A stretch of DNA of 63,791 nt, the filler included, from Octopus bimaculoides (taxonomy: Eukaryota): NCBI RefSeq assembly GCF_001194135.2. It is 6 parts of 5 records of this genome, joined end to end, with 100 filler letters (N's around TTAATTAATTAA, not from the genome) between each part and the next. Parts side by side here need not be neighbours in the genome. Positions count along the whole stretch, not along the records: positions 1 to 29,805 come from NC_068985.1; 5 more parts are not named here. One strand, given 5' to 3'. The notes below the pieces were generated by a model. It saw nothing but the letters and a program-made list of their open reading frames with translations. It ran no database searches and had not been told where the DNA came from. This document shows positions 1 to 11,690 of the stretch, one piece after another (position 1 is the stretch's first letter; each line of letters starts with the position of its first letter). The position numbers were made by a program, and so were the translations under genes.

Positions 1-910
1 TATATATACATATTTCTGTGTGTGTGTGTGTGGGTGTGTGTGTGTGTGTGTGTGTGTAGATGGATTTGATTAGTATTTAAAGCAGTTCTGGTTGGAAGAA
101 ATGCAAAGATAACCTCGGTTAGTTTTGATCTCAAAACATGCAGAACCGTGCTGAAAATACCCGTAAGGAATTTGTGTCTACGATTTAATAATCATGCTCC
201 TCTACAGCTGCCATTAAGTTTGCTAGAACTTAGCTAAATGTTCGGCTTATACCAAATGTAGAAATAATTTATTCAAAGTTGATGTATTACTGAATCGCTG
301 GAGGCCTTTCAGATAACGCTTGTTGTTGTTGTTGCTGTTGCTGTTGCTGTTGTTCCTGTTGTTATTACTTGCTGAGATTGGTTAATCAGGAACATTAAAA
401 GGGACATCGATTAAGGAATTCTAATTACATTTCAACAGATACTCTCGATAGATTTCTGATTCCTTTAAGTAAACCATTAAAGAACTGAACACTTCTAATG
501 ATAGGTCTATTGAATTACAATTTTTTTCGTGCGGCTATTAGCTGGCGTTATCTCTGGAATTTGATAAATTTATTCTTCGATTCTGTAGTAAATGTCGAAG
601 TTTGGTTATTTATTATCAAGCACCCTACAAAATTGAGAAGAGCAGATTCCAATCTTAATTAGCTTCGCTATAATGTACACTTACTTAAAAACTAAATCCA
701 CTCTTCAACGAGGGCGTCGTTCTTTAAATCTAGAAATCAAAGCCAAATGTCTTTCAAATTACATATAAAAATAGAACTTGACTTATAATGCACTGACATA
801 AAAATGAAAAATTACAAATTGAGATAATCACATCTAGAACACATTTTAAGATAGGTACGTTCGATCAGCTTTCAACAACACGAAAATCTAATCCCAAAAT
901 TTGATATATA

Positions 911-1715
911 TTAGGTCATCAAGTATGAAATGTGTAGAAAAAAAAAGTTTGTTAATGTTTTATAAATACAAGGAATATTGTCAATACACTTTTGCCACTT
1001 CAACGGTAGCTTGTCCAGCCCGGAACTGCAAAAGCCTGGCAATCTAGAGTCAATAAAATCTTGGAAGGCCTGTTTTACTGCATTGTCAGAATTAATTTTT
1101 TTTCCTATCAAAAAGTTATCCAAACTCTGGAAGAAGTGGTAATCAGTAGGGGCAAGATCAGCTGAGTATGCTGGATGATGGAGAACTTCCAACCCCAACT
1201 CCTGTAGTTTCGCCAATGTCATTTTTGCGATGCCTGGTCTGGCGTTGTCATGCAATAAAATGGAAGTGGATCTGTTGACTAACCTAGGCTGTTTTTTTTT
1301 TGTTTTATTTTGTTTTGTTTTGTTTTGTTTTTTTCTTGTAAGTTTCTGCATCATTTGGTCCAGTTAGCTGCAGTATACTTCGGCCGTGATTTATAAACTA
1401 GGTTTAATGAAATCATAATGGATCACACCTGCGCCAGACCATCAAACACACACCATCAGCTTCTTTTGATGAATTTTGCTTATTGGACTGTGTTTTGGTG
1501 GTTCGTCTTTGTCCAACCATTGTGCTGAACGTTTACGGTTGCTGTATTGGATCTATTTCTCATCACATGCTACAATTCAATACAAAAATGATACATTTTT
1601 GTTAAGAGAAAGTAGCAAATTGCAGGCTCCCAAACGTTGCTGTTTCTGATTTTCATTGAGCAGCTGTCAAAATTTACCATATACCTTACTACAAATTTCA
1701 TACTTGACGACCTAA
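911..1715 (-). mobile_element. Mariner (DD34D) transposon, internally deleted and decayed
   Basis: 27-bp TIRs at 911-937 and 1689-1715 (25/27 match), TA on both sides; transposase remnants ACDEK*I, KLMVCV*W, LLHDNARP and HPAYSADLAPTDYHFF with stops; N-terminal HTH absent; a (TTTGT)n tract sits inside. Confidence 0.92.
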
Positions 1716-2323
1716 TAACATAACTTCCCTACAGATCCTATTAAATTTTTGTTTGTTTGTTTCTGTTTTGTTTGTTTTGTTTTGGCTGTTTGTTTTTTGT
1801 ACAAGATATCTTTTATCTTTTATTTGTTTCAATCATTAGACTGCGGCCATGCTGGGGCACACCCTTGGAGAATTCTTCAGTCGAATGAATCGACCCTAGG
1901 ACTTCTTTTTATTTTGTTTAAGCCTGGTACTTATTCGATCAGTGTCTTTTGCCGAACCGCTATGCTACGGAGACGTAAACATACCAGCACCGATTGTCAA
2001 GCAGTAGAGGTGAACAAACACGGACACAAAGACATACGCACATACATACACACATACACACATACATACACACATACACACACATTATATGTGTGTGTGT
2101 GTGTATGTGTGTATGTATGTATATATACTTTTATTCTTTTGTCTTAGTCATTTGATTGTGGCCATACTGGAGCACCGCCTTTAGTCGAACAAATTGACCC
2201 CAGGACTTATTCTTTGTATGCCTAGTACTTATTCCATCATTCTCTTTTTCCGAACCACTAAGTTACGGGGACGTAAGCACACCAACATCGGTTGTCAAGC
2301 GATGGTGGGAGAACAAACACACA

Positions 2324-2372
<49 letters not shown>

Positions 2373-3819
2373 NNNNNNNNNNNNNNNNNNNNNNNNNNNN
2401 NNNNNNNNNNNNNNNNNNNNNNNNNNNNNNNNNNNNNNNNNNNNNNNNNNNNNNNNNNNNNNNNNNNNNNNNNNNNNNNNNNNNNNNNNNNNNNNNNNNN
2501 NNNNNNNNNNNNNNNNNNNNNNNNNNNNNNNNNNNNNNNNNNNNNNNNNNNNNNNNNNNNNNNNNNNNNNNNNNNNNNNNNNNNNNNNNNNNNNNNNNNN
2601 NNNNNNNNNNNNNNNNNNNNNNNNNNNNNNNNNNNNNNNNNNNNNNNNNNNNNNNNNNNNNNNNNNNNNNNNNNNNNNNNNNNNNNNNNNNNNNNNNNNN
2701 NNNNNNNNNNNNNNNNNNNNNNNNNNNNNNNNNNNNNNNNNNNNNNNNNNNNNNNNNNNNNNNNNNNNNNNNNNNNNNNNNNNNNNNNNNNNNNNNNNNN
2801 NNNNNNNNNNNNNNNNNNNNNNNNNNNNNNNNNNNNNNNNNNNNNNNNNNNNNNNNNNNNNNNNNNNNNNNNNNNNNNNNNNNNNNNNNNNNNNNNNNNN
2901 NNNNNNNNNNNNNNNNNNNNNNNNNNNNNNNNNNNNNNNNNNNNNNNNNNNNNNNNNNNNNNNNNNNNNNNNNNNNNNNNNNNNNNNNNNNNNNNNNNNN
3001 NNNNNNNNNNNNNNNNNNNNNNNNNNNNNNNNNNNNNNNNNNNNNNNNNNNNNNNNNNNNNNNNNNNNNNNNNNNNNNNNNNNNNNNNNNNNNNNNNNNN
3101 NNNNNNNNNNNNNNNNNNNNNNNNNNNNNNNNNNNNNNNNNNNNNNNNNNNNNNNNNNNTGTGTGTGCGTGCGTGCGTGCGTGCGTGTGTGTGTGTGTGT
3201 GTGTAAAAGTATTCCGCTTTTGTTCTTGCCATTTTTCATATCATTTTCATATCAGGAACGTTTGACAACTTGTCTGAGTTTGTTTACGTCCCTGTAACTT
3301 AGCTGCTTGGCAAAAAGAGACCAATAGAATAAGTACCAGCCTTTAAAATGATTCTGGTGTCGCTGTGTTCGACTGAAACCCTTGAAGATGGTGCCCCAGC
3401 ATGGCCACAGTCCAGAAACTGAAACAAATGAAATAAAAGATAAAAGCGTTCTTCAAAGCTTTTCTACAGTTGAAATCTCTTTATTCTATCGAATCCACTG
3501 TTTCAAATCTTGGGTCTTTAACCGTTCTGGAATTCTCATTTTTCAAGAGAAATTCTGAGAAAAATATCACCGGTTTGCGGACACGTTATGACAAAAATAA
3601 TAAGTTACACATCCCTGCTCTTGAGCAGATCTTTTACATGTTTCAGTGATTGGATTGCAGTAACGTTAGAGCACTGCCCTGAAGGGTTTTACCGAACAAA
3701 TCAACCCACTAATTTTAATCTGGCACTTATTCAATTGGGCTCCTATGCCGAACCGCTAAGTTATAGAGACTAACAAGTGGTGCGGGACAAATACAACACA
3801 AACACAAAGACACGTACGC

Positions 3820-3886
<67 letters not shown>

Positions 3887-3916
3887 CATTTTTTCGATCT
3901 CTCCTTNNNNNNNNNN

Positions 3917-3972
<56 letters not shown>

Positions 3973-5228
3973 AGCCGTGATCAAAAATATTCCGGCCATG
4001 ACTCTCGAGTGCAAGAGTATGATTTCAGGAAGATTTGACTGCTATTTATACTAGTTTGAGCGACGATAGTTCCTTTGCTCTCTGTTACAATAACAGAACA
4101 ATCATTTCACTTTTCTTTTCTTTTGCTTGCAATGTATCTTCATTGTGCATAGTAATTAGTTTAATTACCATTTAACATTCCTGAAACCCTTCCAATCGAT
4201 TAAGACTGTAACTAGTCAATCTGCCAGACATAGCAGCCAAATCTCAATTTCATATTGTTTGCAAATTTTGGTACAAGGGCAGAAATTTTGAGGAGGGGGA
4301 AAGTTGATTACAGTGAGCCCAGTGCTCGACTTGTGCTTATTTTATCGATCCCGAAAGGATGAAAGGCAAAGTCGGAATTTGAACTCAGAACGTAAAAGTG
4401 GACGAAATGCCGCTAAGCATTTTTTCCGGCGTGCTGACGATCTCGCACTCACATTACACCCTAATCTAAGAGAAGGGATGGGTATATTAAAAATAATGTA
4501 ATCCTAAATATATATTTCAATGGAGAAAGGATGAGATGGTCATGGCTGGAATATCTTTGAGCATAGGCGATTATGCAGATGATTATGGCTTCGTGATAAA
4601 TGTGGTTACGAACCAGTTTACTTTGCTTCCTCAAGACAATTTGAACATTTCTTCATCACTCCTTCCTTTCTTAAAATCAATTATTACTCTAAATATCACA
4701 GTATATGAGATACTGTTAGACTCTGTTGCATCATTTATTAAAGGTGAAAATATTTACAGCTTAAAATATAACACCTAGGAAAACTTAGTTTTTACCAAGT
4801 TTTTTTCAAAGAAAAAAAATTAGTGAATAGATCTCATTTCAGGCCACTACAAAAATGAAACTTTTTGTTCTGTCTTTGGACAGTAAAAATATTGATACAA
4901 GAAAAAATATGGAATTTTTGTATGCAACGTCATATGTTCGAAAAACATTCTACAGCCTGGATTAAATGCCGTGGGTTGTATTTGACTCGGAGGCCATAGT
5001 TTGCCGATTGTGGGCATAGTTTACCAGCACCTCCTCTAGGATATGACAGTTCTCGCTTTAGGCCTCCGTTTAGCGTGTGTTATTTAATTAAGAGTATTTT
5101 TGTTTATTCCATATTTCCTACACAATATATAAACAGGTTGTATTCAAGAGATGAAAGAGCAATTTTTCCTTGGGTAAAACACTAGCTTGTAGCATATAAC
5201 CAAATTTTAGTACCTATTGGCTACATAA

Positions 5229-5300
<72 letters not shown>

Positions 5301-6597
5301 GTAGGTAGGTAGGTAGGTAGGTAGGTAGGTAGGTAGGTAGGTATGCTACTGCAGTCGCTCACATGAACTATAGTATATCATCATGTAGGAAAGTTTATTC
5401 CAACATATTTATGAAACGGCAACAATCCACAAAACTTCACAAAAATCTGCTCCCCACGCATAATTTTCCTACCTTCCGGGAGATGCTTAGTACAAGTGGC
5501 ATGATGTATGGCTTATTTCGGAATGGTATGATAGTTGTTGAGAGGAAGAATTGTTACAGATTTTGATATATTTGAATAGGCATCATTATAATAAAATATA
5601 CAAAAACAAAATGGAAATCTCCTCGACAATAACTCGCATAAATAGCTTCAGACGTCTAATGAAAATTTGCAATTTAATATATAATTTATAAATCTAACTT
5701 TTACATGGCTTTACAAGTATAAAACTTACTCAAACTTTCCTGTGGTCATTGCATCAGATTAGATTAAACAATAGAAAAGAAAATTTCATAGAAACTCATT
5801 AGTTGTTTTATTAGATAAGTCTCACAAAATTCCAACAAAAACAAAAAGAAAAAATTAATCAAGAAAACATTTTAATAATAAAATACAATTAAAAAGAATT
5901 AATGCACACATAACCCATCCTAGTAACCAAATTAAGTAATTTCCTAATTGTTGATGATAACAGTCAAACATTTTTTTCAGATTTAGTGATACTGGTGTCA
6001 CCATTAACATATGTTCCTCGTGATTTAGGATGATATAAACGACAATAACACTCACCACCAATAACTACTTCATCTAAAAGATAAGACCGTAAATTTTAAA
6101 AAGATCGATAGATTTAACATCTTTACTGTTCCAAATAAAATGTTATGAACTGAAAAGAAATCACAAAATATTCCTATGAAAGATCAGATTAAACCGCAAT
6201 CGTGTCTTTTTAAAAATATCCGTTTATCTTATGCACTAATACATAGACGAGTACTTATAAATGTCTTATATATATGTTTCGATATAATAAGAAACTAAAC
6301 TGTTTACGTTAGAGCTAATTATTATATGTATGGATGGAGAGAGACAGACTGACAACATGCCTACAGAGATAGAGACAGTAGTTAAGCAGCACTAAGATTA
6401 ATTCCAAAATCAATAAGTTGAACTGCATCTTTCTCTATTCTTCCAAAAGAAAAAGTATTGATAAAATTCCTAGAACCCAAATCACAATTCAAATAATCAA
6501 AATCTGTAAGCAGCATTAGAAGCGCTAAAGGCAACAGAATATAATCCAAGGCTATTTAAAAAGAAAATTCTCAGGAAGTATAATAACACAGTTTCAC

Positions 6598-6705
6598 CCT
6601 TCGGCCATCTACACAGCATGAAGAAGTCCATAGAATATCCTATTGAGATGAATTGTGAGAAATCCGCAAATAAAAATATCCTGCAGTCATCCAAGTGCTC
6701 TTTAT
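6598..6705 (-). CDS. Candidate exon of the unidentified minus-strand gene (DKEHLDDCRIFLFADFSQFISIGYSMDFFMLCRWPK)
   Basis: ggattttAG acceptor, phase 1; the frame stays open to 6497 and all three plus-strand frames are stopped at its 6497-6545 end; weak GTGAAA donor gives a 108-nt phase 1-1 exon. Confidence 0.3.
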
Positions 6706-6969
6706 CTAAAATCCATAACCAATGTAAACAAATCGGAAACGCCCTGCTTTAGGGCGCTATTTGCCATAAATATTATTAGCAAAATAATTATGAATCCCGC
6801 AAAAGCCCTGAAATAAATTCAAACGAGCGTTCCTGATGAAAAACAACTCTAAGACACTTCTAATGCTGTCTTTAAAATTCATATTACACCCAATCATTTT
6901 ACTGGCTGCGTCGAGTGGGTTGGGATATGCAGTGGCACTCCATCAAAGCCATCGGATACTAAAACACGT

Positions 6970-7157
6970 CCCCAGGTGGGAGGGGGTTAGTCGATTACAT
7001 CGACCCTAGTGCCCAACTGGTACTCGTCTTATCGACCCCGAAAGGATGAAAGGTAAAGTCGACTTCGTCGGAATTTGAACTCAGAAGGTGAAGACGGACG
7101 AAATGCAGCTAAGCATTTCGCCCGGCGTGCTAACGATTCTGCCAGCTCACCGCCTTT
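6970..7157 (-). mobile_element. tRNA-derived SINE family A (Nin-domain-like); other copies near 4255-4450, 7735-7950, 7975-8170, 9630-9858, 16575-16760, 23930-24050, 32105-32412, 34430-34657, 36653-36865, 37376-37545, 43190-43345, 52195-52390, 60180-60400
   Basis: Consensus aggcggcgagctggcag...gagttcaaattccgccgaggtcgactttgcctttcatcctttcggggtcgataaataagtaccag with a Pol III B-box (GAGTTCAAATTCC) and often an (ATT)n tail. The domain name is from recall. Confidence 0.85.
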
Positions 7158-7174
7158 GATAATAATAATAATAA

Positions 7175-7681
7175 CCTGATGCAATACTAGGCACTGGCTC
7201 TGTGGCTTCTGATCTTAAATAATTGAAAGTGTTATCATGTACGTTTTGTCTTGGTATAAAAGATGGGCAACAGCAAATATTCTGCTCAATACTACAGATT
7301 AGCTTAAGAGTTGTTTGACCTTAATCAGTTGAGCTGAGGATATGTGCATCACTGATCACAAGCAGTAGTGGGGGAGTATCATAGCCATGTGTTGAGAGGA
7401 ATTCTTTGGGCTTTGAATAATTCACCTCTAGAAGCATTGGTGTTTCGCTTAACATCTTTAAACAACCCATGGGCTACTCGACTTGAAGAAAATTCTAAGT
7501 GGGTCCCCACCTGCAAGTTTATGTGCTGTTTATCGCGTTATAAGATTACCATGTCGCGCACATATGGTTCTAATACATGCGCCTGGAGTAGCCTTATCAG
7601 ACGGGCAGTCATAGTGGGTATACTGGGCTTCGTATATCTGTACCCCCAGTGTGACTTTGATGGCATGCACTGCTCTCTCGC

Positions 7682-7682
<1 letters not shown>
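7175..7682. repeat. ~510-bp interspersed repeat embedded in (AAT)n; second copy ~8190-8725, partial copy ~43790-43970
   Basis: The three copies align by eye (ggcttctgatcttaa...gtatcatgtac...aaagatgg...ctctctcgc); the two full copies end in long (AAT)n. Confidence 0.75.
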
Positions 7683-7737
<55 letters not shown>

Positions 7738-8727
7738 CCTTTCTACTAAAGGAACAAATCCTGGAATTTGGGGGAGGGGAATAGTCGGTTACATCGACCC
7801 CAGTGCGTAACTGGTACTTAAGTTGTCGACCCCGAAATGATGAAAGATAAAGCCGACCTCGGCGGAATTTGAACTCAGAACATATAGACGGGCGAAATAC
7901 CGCTAAGCATTTCGCCCAGCGCGCTAACGATTCTGCCAGCACGCCGCCTTGATAATATTAATCATAATGCTTTCAAATTTTACCTCCAGGGCAGCCATTT
8001 TAGTGGATGGGATGAGTCGATTACATTGACCCCAGTATTCCACAGGTACTTAATTTATCGACCCTGAAGGGATGTAAGGCAAAGTTGACCTCGCGGAATT
8101 TGTATTGAAAACGAGGCGGCAGACCAAATATCGCTAAGTATTACGCCTGGCGTGCAAACGATTCCTCCATCTCACTAACGTGATGATACAGGCAGCGGCT
8201 TTCATAGCTTTTCATCTTAACTGATTGGAAGTGTTATCATGTACATTATTTTGTCTTGGTATAAAAGATGGCTTACAGCAAATATTCTGCTCAATACCAA
8301 AGATTTGCTTGTCAGTTGTTTGACCATAACCAGTTGAGTATGTCCGTTAGTGGCTGACGATATGTGGATCGCTGACCACGAGCAGAAGTAGTGGGGGCGC
8401 ATCATAGCCATGTGTTGAGAAGAATTCTTTGGGGTTTGAATAATTCACCTCTGGAAACATGGGTGTTTCGTTCAGTATCCTTAAACAAACTTTATTCAGG
8501 GACCTTTTGAGCGGGGTGGGTTACTCGACCTGAAGAAAATTCTAACTGGGCCCCACCTGCAAGGTCATGCACTATTAATCTTGATATGAGATCACCATGT
8601 CGTGTACATATGGTTATGATACATGTGCCTGGTGTACCTTTATCGGACGGGTAGTATTGAAGGATATACTGGGCTTCGTATATTTTACCCCAGTGTCACT
8701 TTGATGGCATGCACTGCTCTCTCGCTC

Positions 8728-8771
<44 letters not shown>

Positions 8772-8786
8772 TAATGATGATGATGG

Positions 8787-8832
<46 letters not shown>

Positions 8833-9132
8833 AAATAAATAAATAAATAATCCCTTCTATAATAGGCACAGAGCCTGGAATTTGGAGGAAAGGAACTATT
8901 CGATTACATTGGACCACTCCTTGGGGTCAATATCTATTCTCAGTTCGGAGAAAAGGTGTTGTGCAGGCCATGAACCATACCATATAAAATGGTTCATCAT
9001 GATGATATAGTTGAATTTCGAGTAGACATTTGATTAAGTAGGTCATGAACCCAAATAATGGTACGCTAAACCCGTTACCGCGTTTTGATGTGGGGAAAGT
9101 AAAATGTACAGCTTTTAACTCTTCAATCATAT

Positions 9133-9530
9133 AAGGTGGGGCAGAGAGGAGACGTACGCTTTTGAGAAATTCGCAAAATCATTAACTTCAGCTGCAAACA
9201 AATTTTATTGACGTTAATGTGTTAGTATTGAATTAGCATTTGTTAAAATCACGTGTGGAAAACAAAATCTCTCAGGTGGTGTCCGTTTTCGTTGATGCAT
9301 ATCTGAAGGCTTTCCGGGATTATCACCGTTCGTGGCGCCCTCACTGGTCTGCTATTCATTCGTGTGCCTCGTGTACGAAGTGCATTCACCTAACGTAAGA
9401 TTGTGTTACGGATGGGAACAGCCGAAACACACACCGAACTGATGTGACAGACTCGTTATTCTTCACGTAACTGCCGTACGTAAACACGTGATGCTCCATC
9501 GTCCACAACACCATAGCTTCACCTGAAAGA
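9133..9530 (-). mobile_element. Tc1/mariner-superfamily remnant (DUF4817-type N-terminus) with an internal deletion
   Basis: Minus strand reads MVLWTMEHHVFTYGSYVKNNESVTSVRCVFR...VPIRNTILR*VNALRTRG...PRTV, fused directly to a C-terminal LQICINENGHHLRDFVFHT*; TIR-like end near 9135. Confidence 0.7.
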
Positions 9531-9554
9531 AAAAATGCTAAAGTGTCTTCTCCT

Positions 9555-10110
9555 ATAGCGTCAGGCCGACCAAAGCCTTGTCAGTGGATTTGGTAGACGG
9601 AAACTGAAAGAAGCCCGTCGTATATATATTTCCTTATTGCCCACAAGGGGCTAAACATAGAGGGGACAAACAAGGACAGACAAAGGGATTATGTCGATTA
9701 CATCAACCCCAGTGCGTAACTGGTACTTTATTTATCGACCACGGAAGGATGAAAGGCAAAGTCGACCTCGGCGGAATTTGAACTCAGAACATAAAGACAG
9801 ACGAAATACCGCTAAGCATTTCACCCGGCGCGCTAACGTTTCTGCCAGCTCACCGCCTTGATATGTATACATATGTATTGTGTGTGTATGTTTGTGTGTA
9901 TATTTGTGTGTCTGGGCTTGTCCCCCCAACATCGGTTGACAACCGATGCTGGTGTGTTAACATCCCTGTAACCTAGCGGTTCGGCAAAAGAGACCGATAG
10001 AATAAGTACTAGGCTTACAAAGAATAAGTCCTGGGGTCGACTTGCTCGACTAGAGGCGGTGCTCCAGCATGGCCGCAGTCAAATGACTGAAACAAGAAAA
10101 GGAGTAAAAG
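9555..10110 (+). mobile_element. tRNA-derived CORE-like SINE family B with family A SINE nested in its internal microsatellite; other family B copies or halves near 1820-2310, 3270-3445, 3625-3790, 26220-26575, 27040-27365, 33978-34175, 39245-39408, 50490-50585, 62315-62475, 62592-62660
   Basis: 5' half (...ccttgggcaagtgtcttctactatagc...ggaaactgaaagaagcccgtc) and 3' half (ccccaacatcgcttgacaaccgatgctgg...cagcatggccgcagtcaaatgactgaaac) recur, always separated by a TA/TG microsatellite. Confidence 0.85.
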
Positions 10111-10124
10111 AATAAAAGAGATAA

Positions 10125-11690
10125 ATCAATAAATAAAGAGTTATTAGCTGCTAAGGTTTGAAAACTTGGGGCAACTTTAGCCAATTGTAAGTCACATACA
10201 CATTCATGCCTGTTTCCATAGTAACAAGCCAAACATGAGAATTCTTTTGTCTGCGAGAAAGCACGTATTGACAAATATATTCGAGTCATTGAGGTAGTTG
10301 ACATGTATGCTAAAACTAGCAGCTAAATAGGTCTGAAATCACGCACCACAGGAGGATGCGGTTTCGTACTTGCAAGATAAGGGTGTTATACCCAAAAGAA
10401 AATTATGCAAAATGAAGAAGCATTTTATGAGTACAAGAAAACGTGATGGGAATATGTATCGGCGATGTTCGCGCCAAGGATGCATGGAGTCTGTGTCAGT
10501 TAGGAAAGACACATAGTTTGAAGGTGGCACCCTTCTTAGGACTGCAGTACTTTTCCTTTACTCATGGGTTAAGTAATTGACTTCAGTCCGGTTATATGTT
10601 GAAGAAGTGCGGATGAGCCATTGCACAGCTATTGATTATAACTGCTATGTTAGGGGAGTATGTGCCGAGGACCTGCTCCCTCATCCATTTAAGGTTGGTG
10701 GTTTTGATAAGATTGGTGATATCGACGAAACAGTCTTCTGAAGACGTAAGTACAACCGAGGAAGGATCCTACCGGAGCGGTGGGATTTCGGAAGAGTGTA
10801 TCGCGAGACCAGACATGTTTTTTTCTTTATGCAGTGCCATGTCGGAGTCGTGACACACCGGAGGAATGCATACGTCACTCGATTTTTCCAGGAACCATAA
10901 TTTTTAGCGATTTGTGTAGGGTGTACTCTCTCATTCCTAAAATTGATGGTTACAATTTTGAGCATAGATCGTTGGACCATAGCATTGGGTTTGTTAACTC
11001 GAAAGATGGAACCCACACTCAACAAGTGGAGAGTACATCGGCTTCTGTAAAGCGAGCTAATAAACGACGCTGTGGTACTCACCGTTCTATGGTAGATTTA
11101 TATGTCTGAATTTATATGGCGCAGGAGATATGAAAATTGTGATTTGTTCGAGAAATTGCTCGAGTACATTTCTAACTTTTGTTTTCAATGAACTGATCAG
11201 GAAAATGTTTGTATCTTTAAAAATATTTAATTTGTAATATGCTGTAAACAGCTCAATAGGCCTTAAATCACGCAGCTCCACATTTTCTTTTTGTCATAAT
11301 CGTATGGATTCCTCCGCGTGAAGAATATAAATTCGAAAAAATTTCCTGACAATTCCAAAAATTTTTTTAAAGTTATGATGGGTTATTATACATCGTACGT
11401 AATTCATTTGTTTACGATTTCATATAAAAATACACGTGCTATTTTCAGGATGTTGACAAAATGTGCAGTCACTCACAAAATGACAGCTTCCAAATCCTGT
11501 ATCTTGATTGGGTAAAAAATTATCAATCTTTAAACCTCTATAACTTTTTCTGAAATATTTTACAGGAAAACGTGAAATATCTCCAGCAGTTCAACTTGGA
11601 AAACTACAGTAATGTACCAAATTTGAAAATTTTTAATAAACTTTGATTTTTGAAATCTTGGCAGCCAAAGAGAAAAGATTCTACGCTTTT
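10125..11690 (+). mobile_element. Merlin/IS1016-like (ISXO2, DDE_Tnp_IS1595) DNA transposon, decayed; transposase ~10350-11180
   Basis: Translation across stops and frameshifts: AVSYLQDKGVIP...RCSRQGCMESVSVRKDT*FE...GDIDETVF*RRKYNRGR...TIIFSDLCRVY...HRSLDHSIGFVNSKDGTHTQQVES...EFIWRRRY, showing the ISXO2 D-D-E pattern. Confidence 0.88.

Noticed and set aside
2194-3297. Long ORFs of 250-430 aa across 2.2-3.3, 25.4-26.2, 32.8-34.1, 40.3-41.4, 47.2-48.5, 53.4-54.5, 56.5-57.7 and 60.6-61.8 kb
   Set aside because: They are runs of N translated as X with microsatellite edges, not coding evidence.
4536-4778. 80-aa ORF MVMAGISLSIG...
   Set aside because: It starts within a common repeat tail (ggtcatggctggaat...), has no recognisable domain and no splice support.
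6598-6705. YSMDFFMLCRW resembles the phosphodiesterase motif FKIDYETLCRW
   Set aside because: The following SVKKNYR...YHNW motif is absent and no other PDE exons were seen; the match is too short.
6970-8170. Regularly recurring similar sequences separated by other DNA, superficially like a CRISPR array
   Set aside because: Units are 170-500 bp SINEs or repeats in a eukaryotic context, with no constant short repeat-spacer period and no cas genes.
8915-9060. Minus-strand LRIDIDPKEW resembling Chapaev3-type transposase (DPxEWRLFIDSS)
   Set aside because: Truncated right after the motif by a SINE and heavily frameshifted; too little to call.
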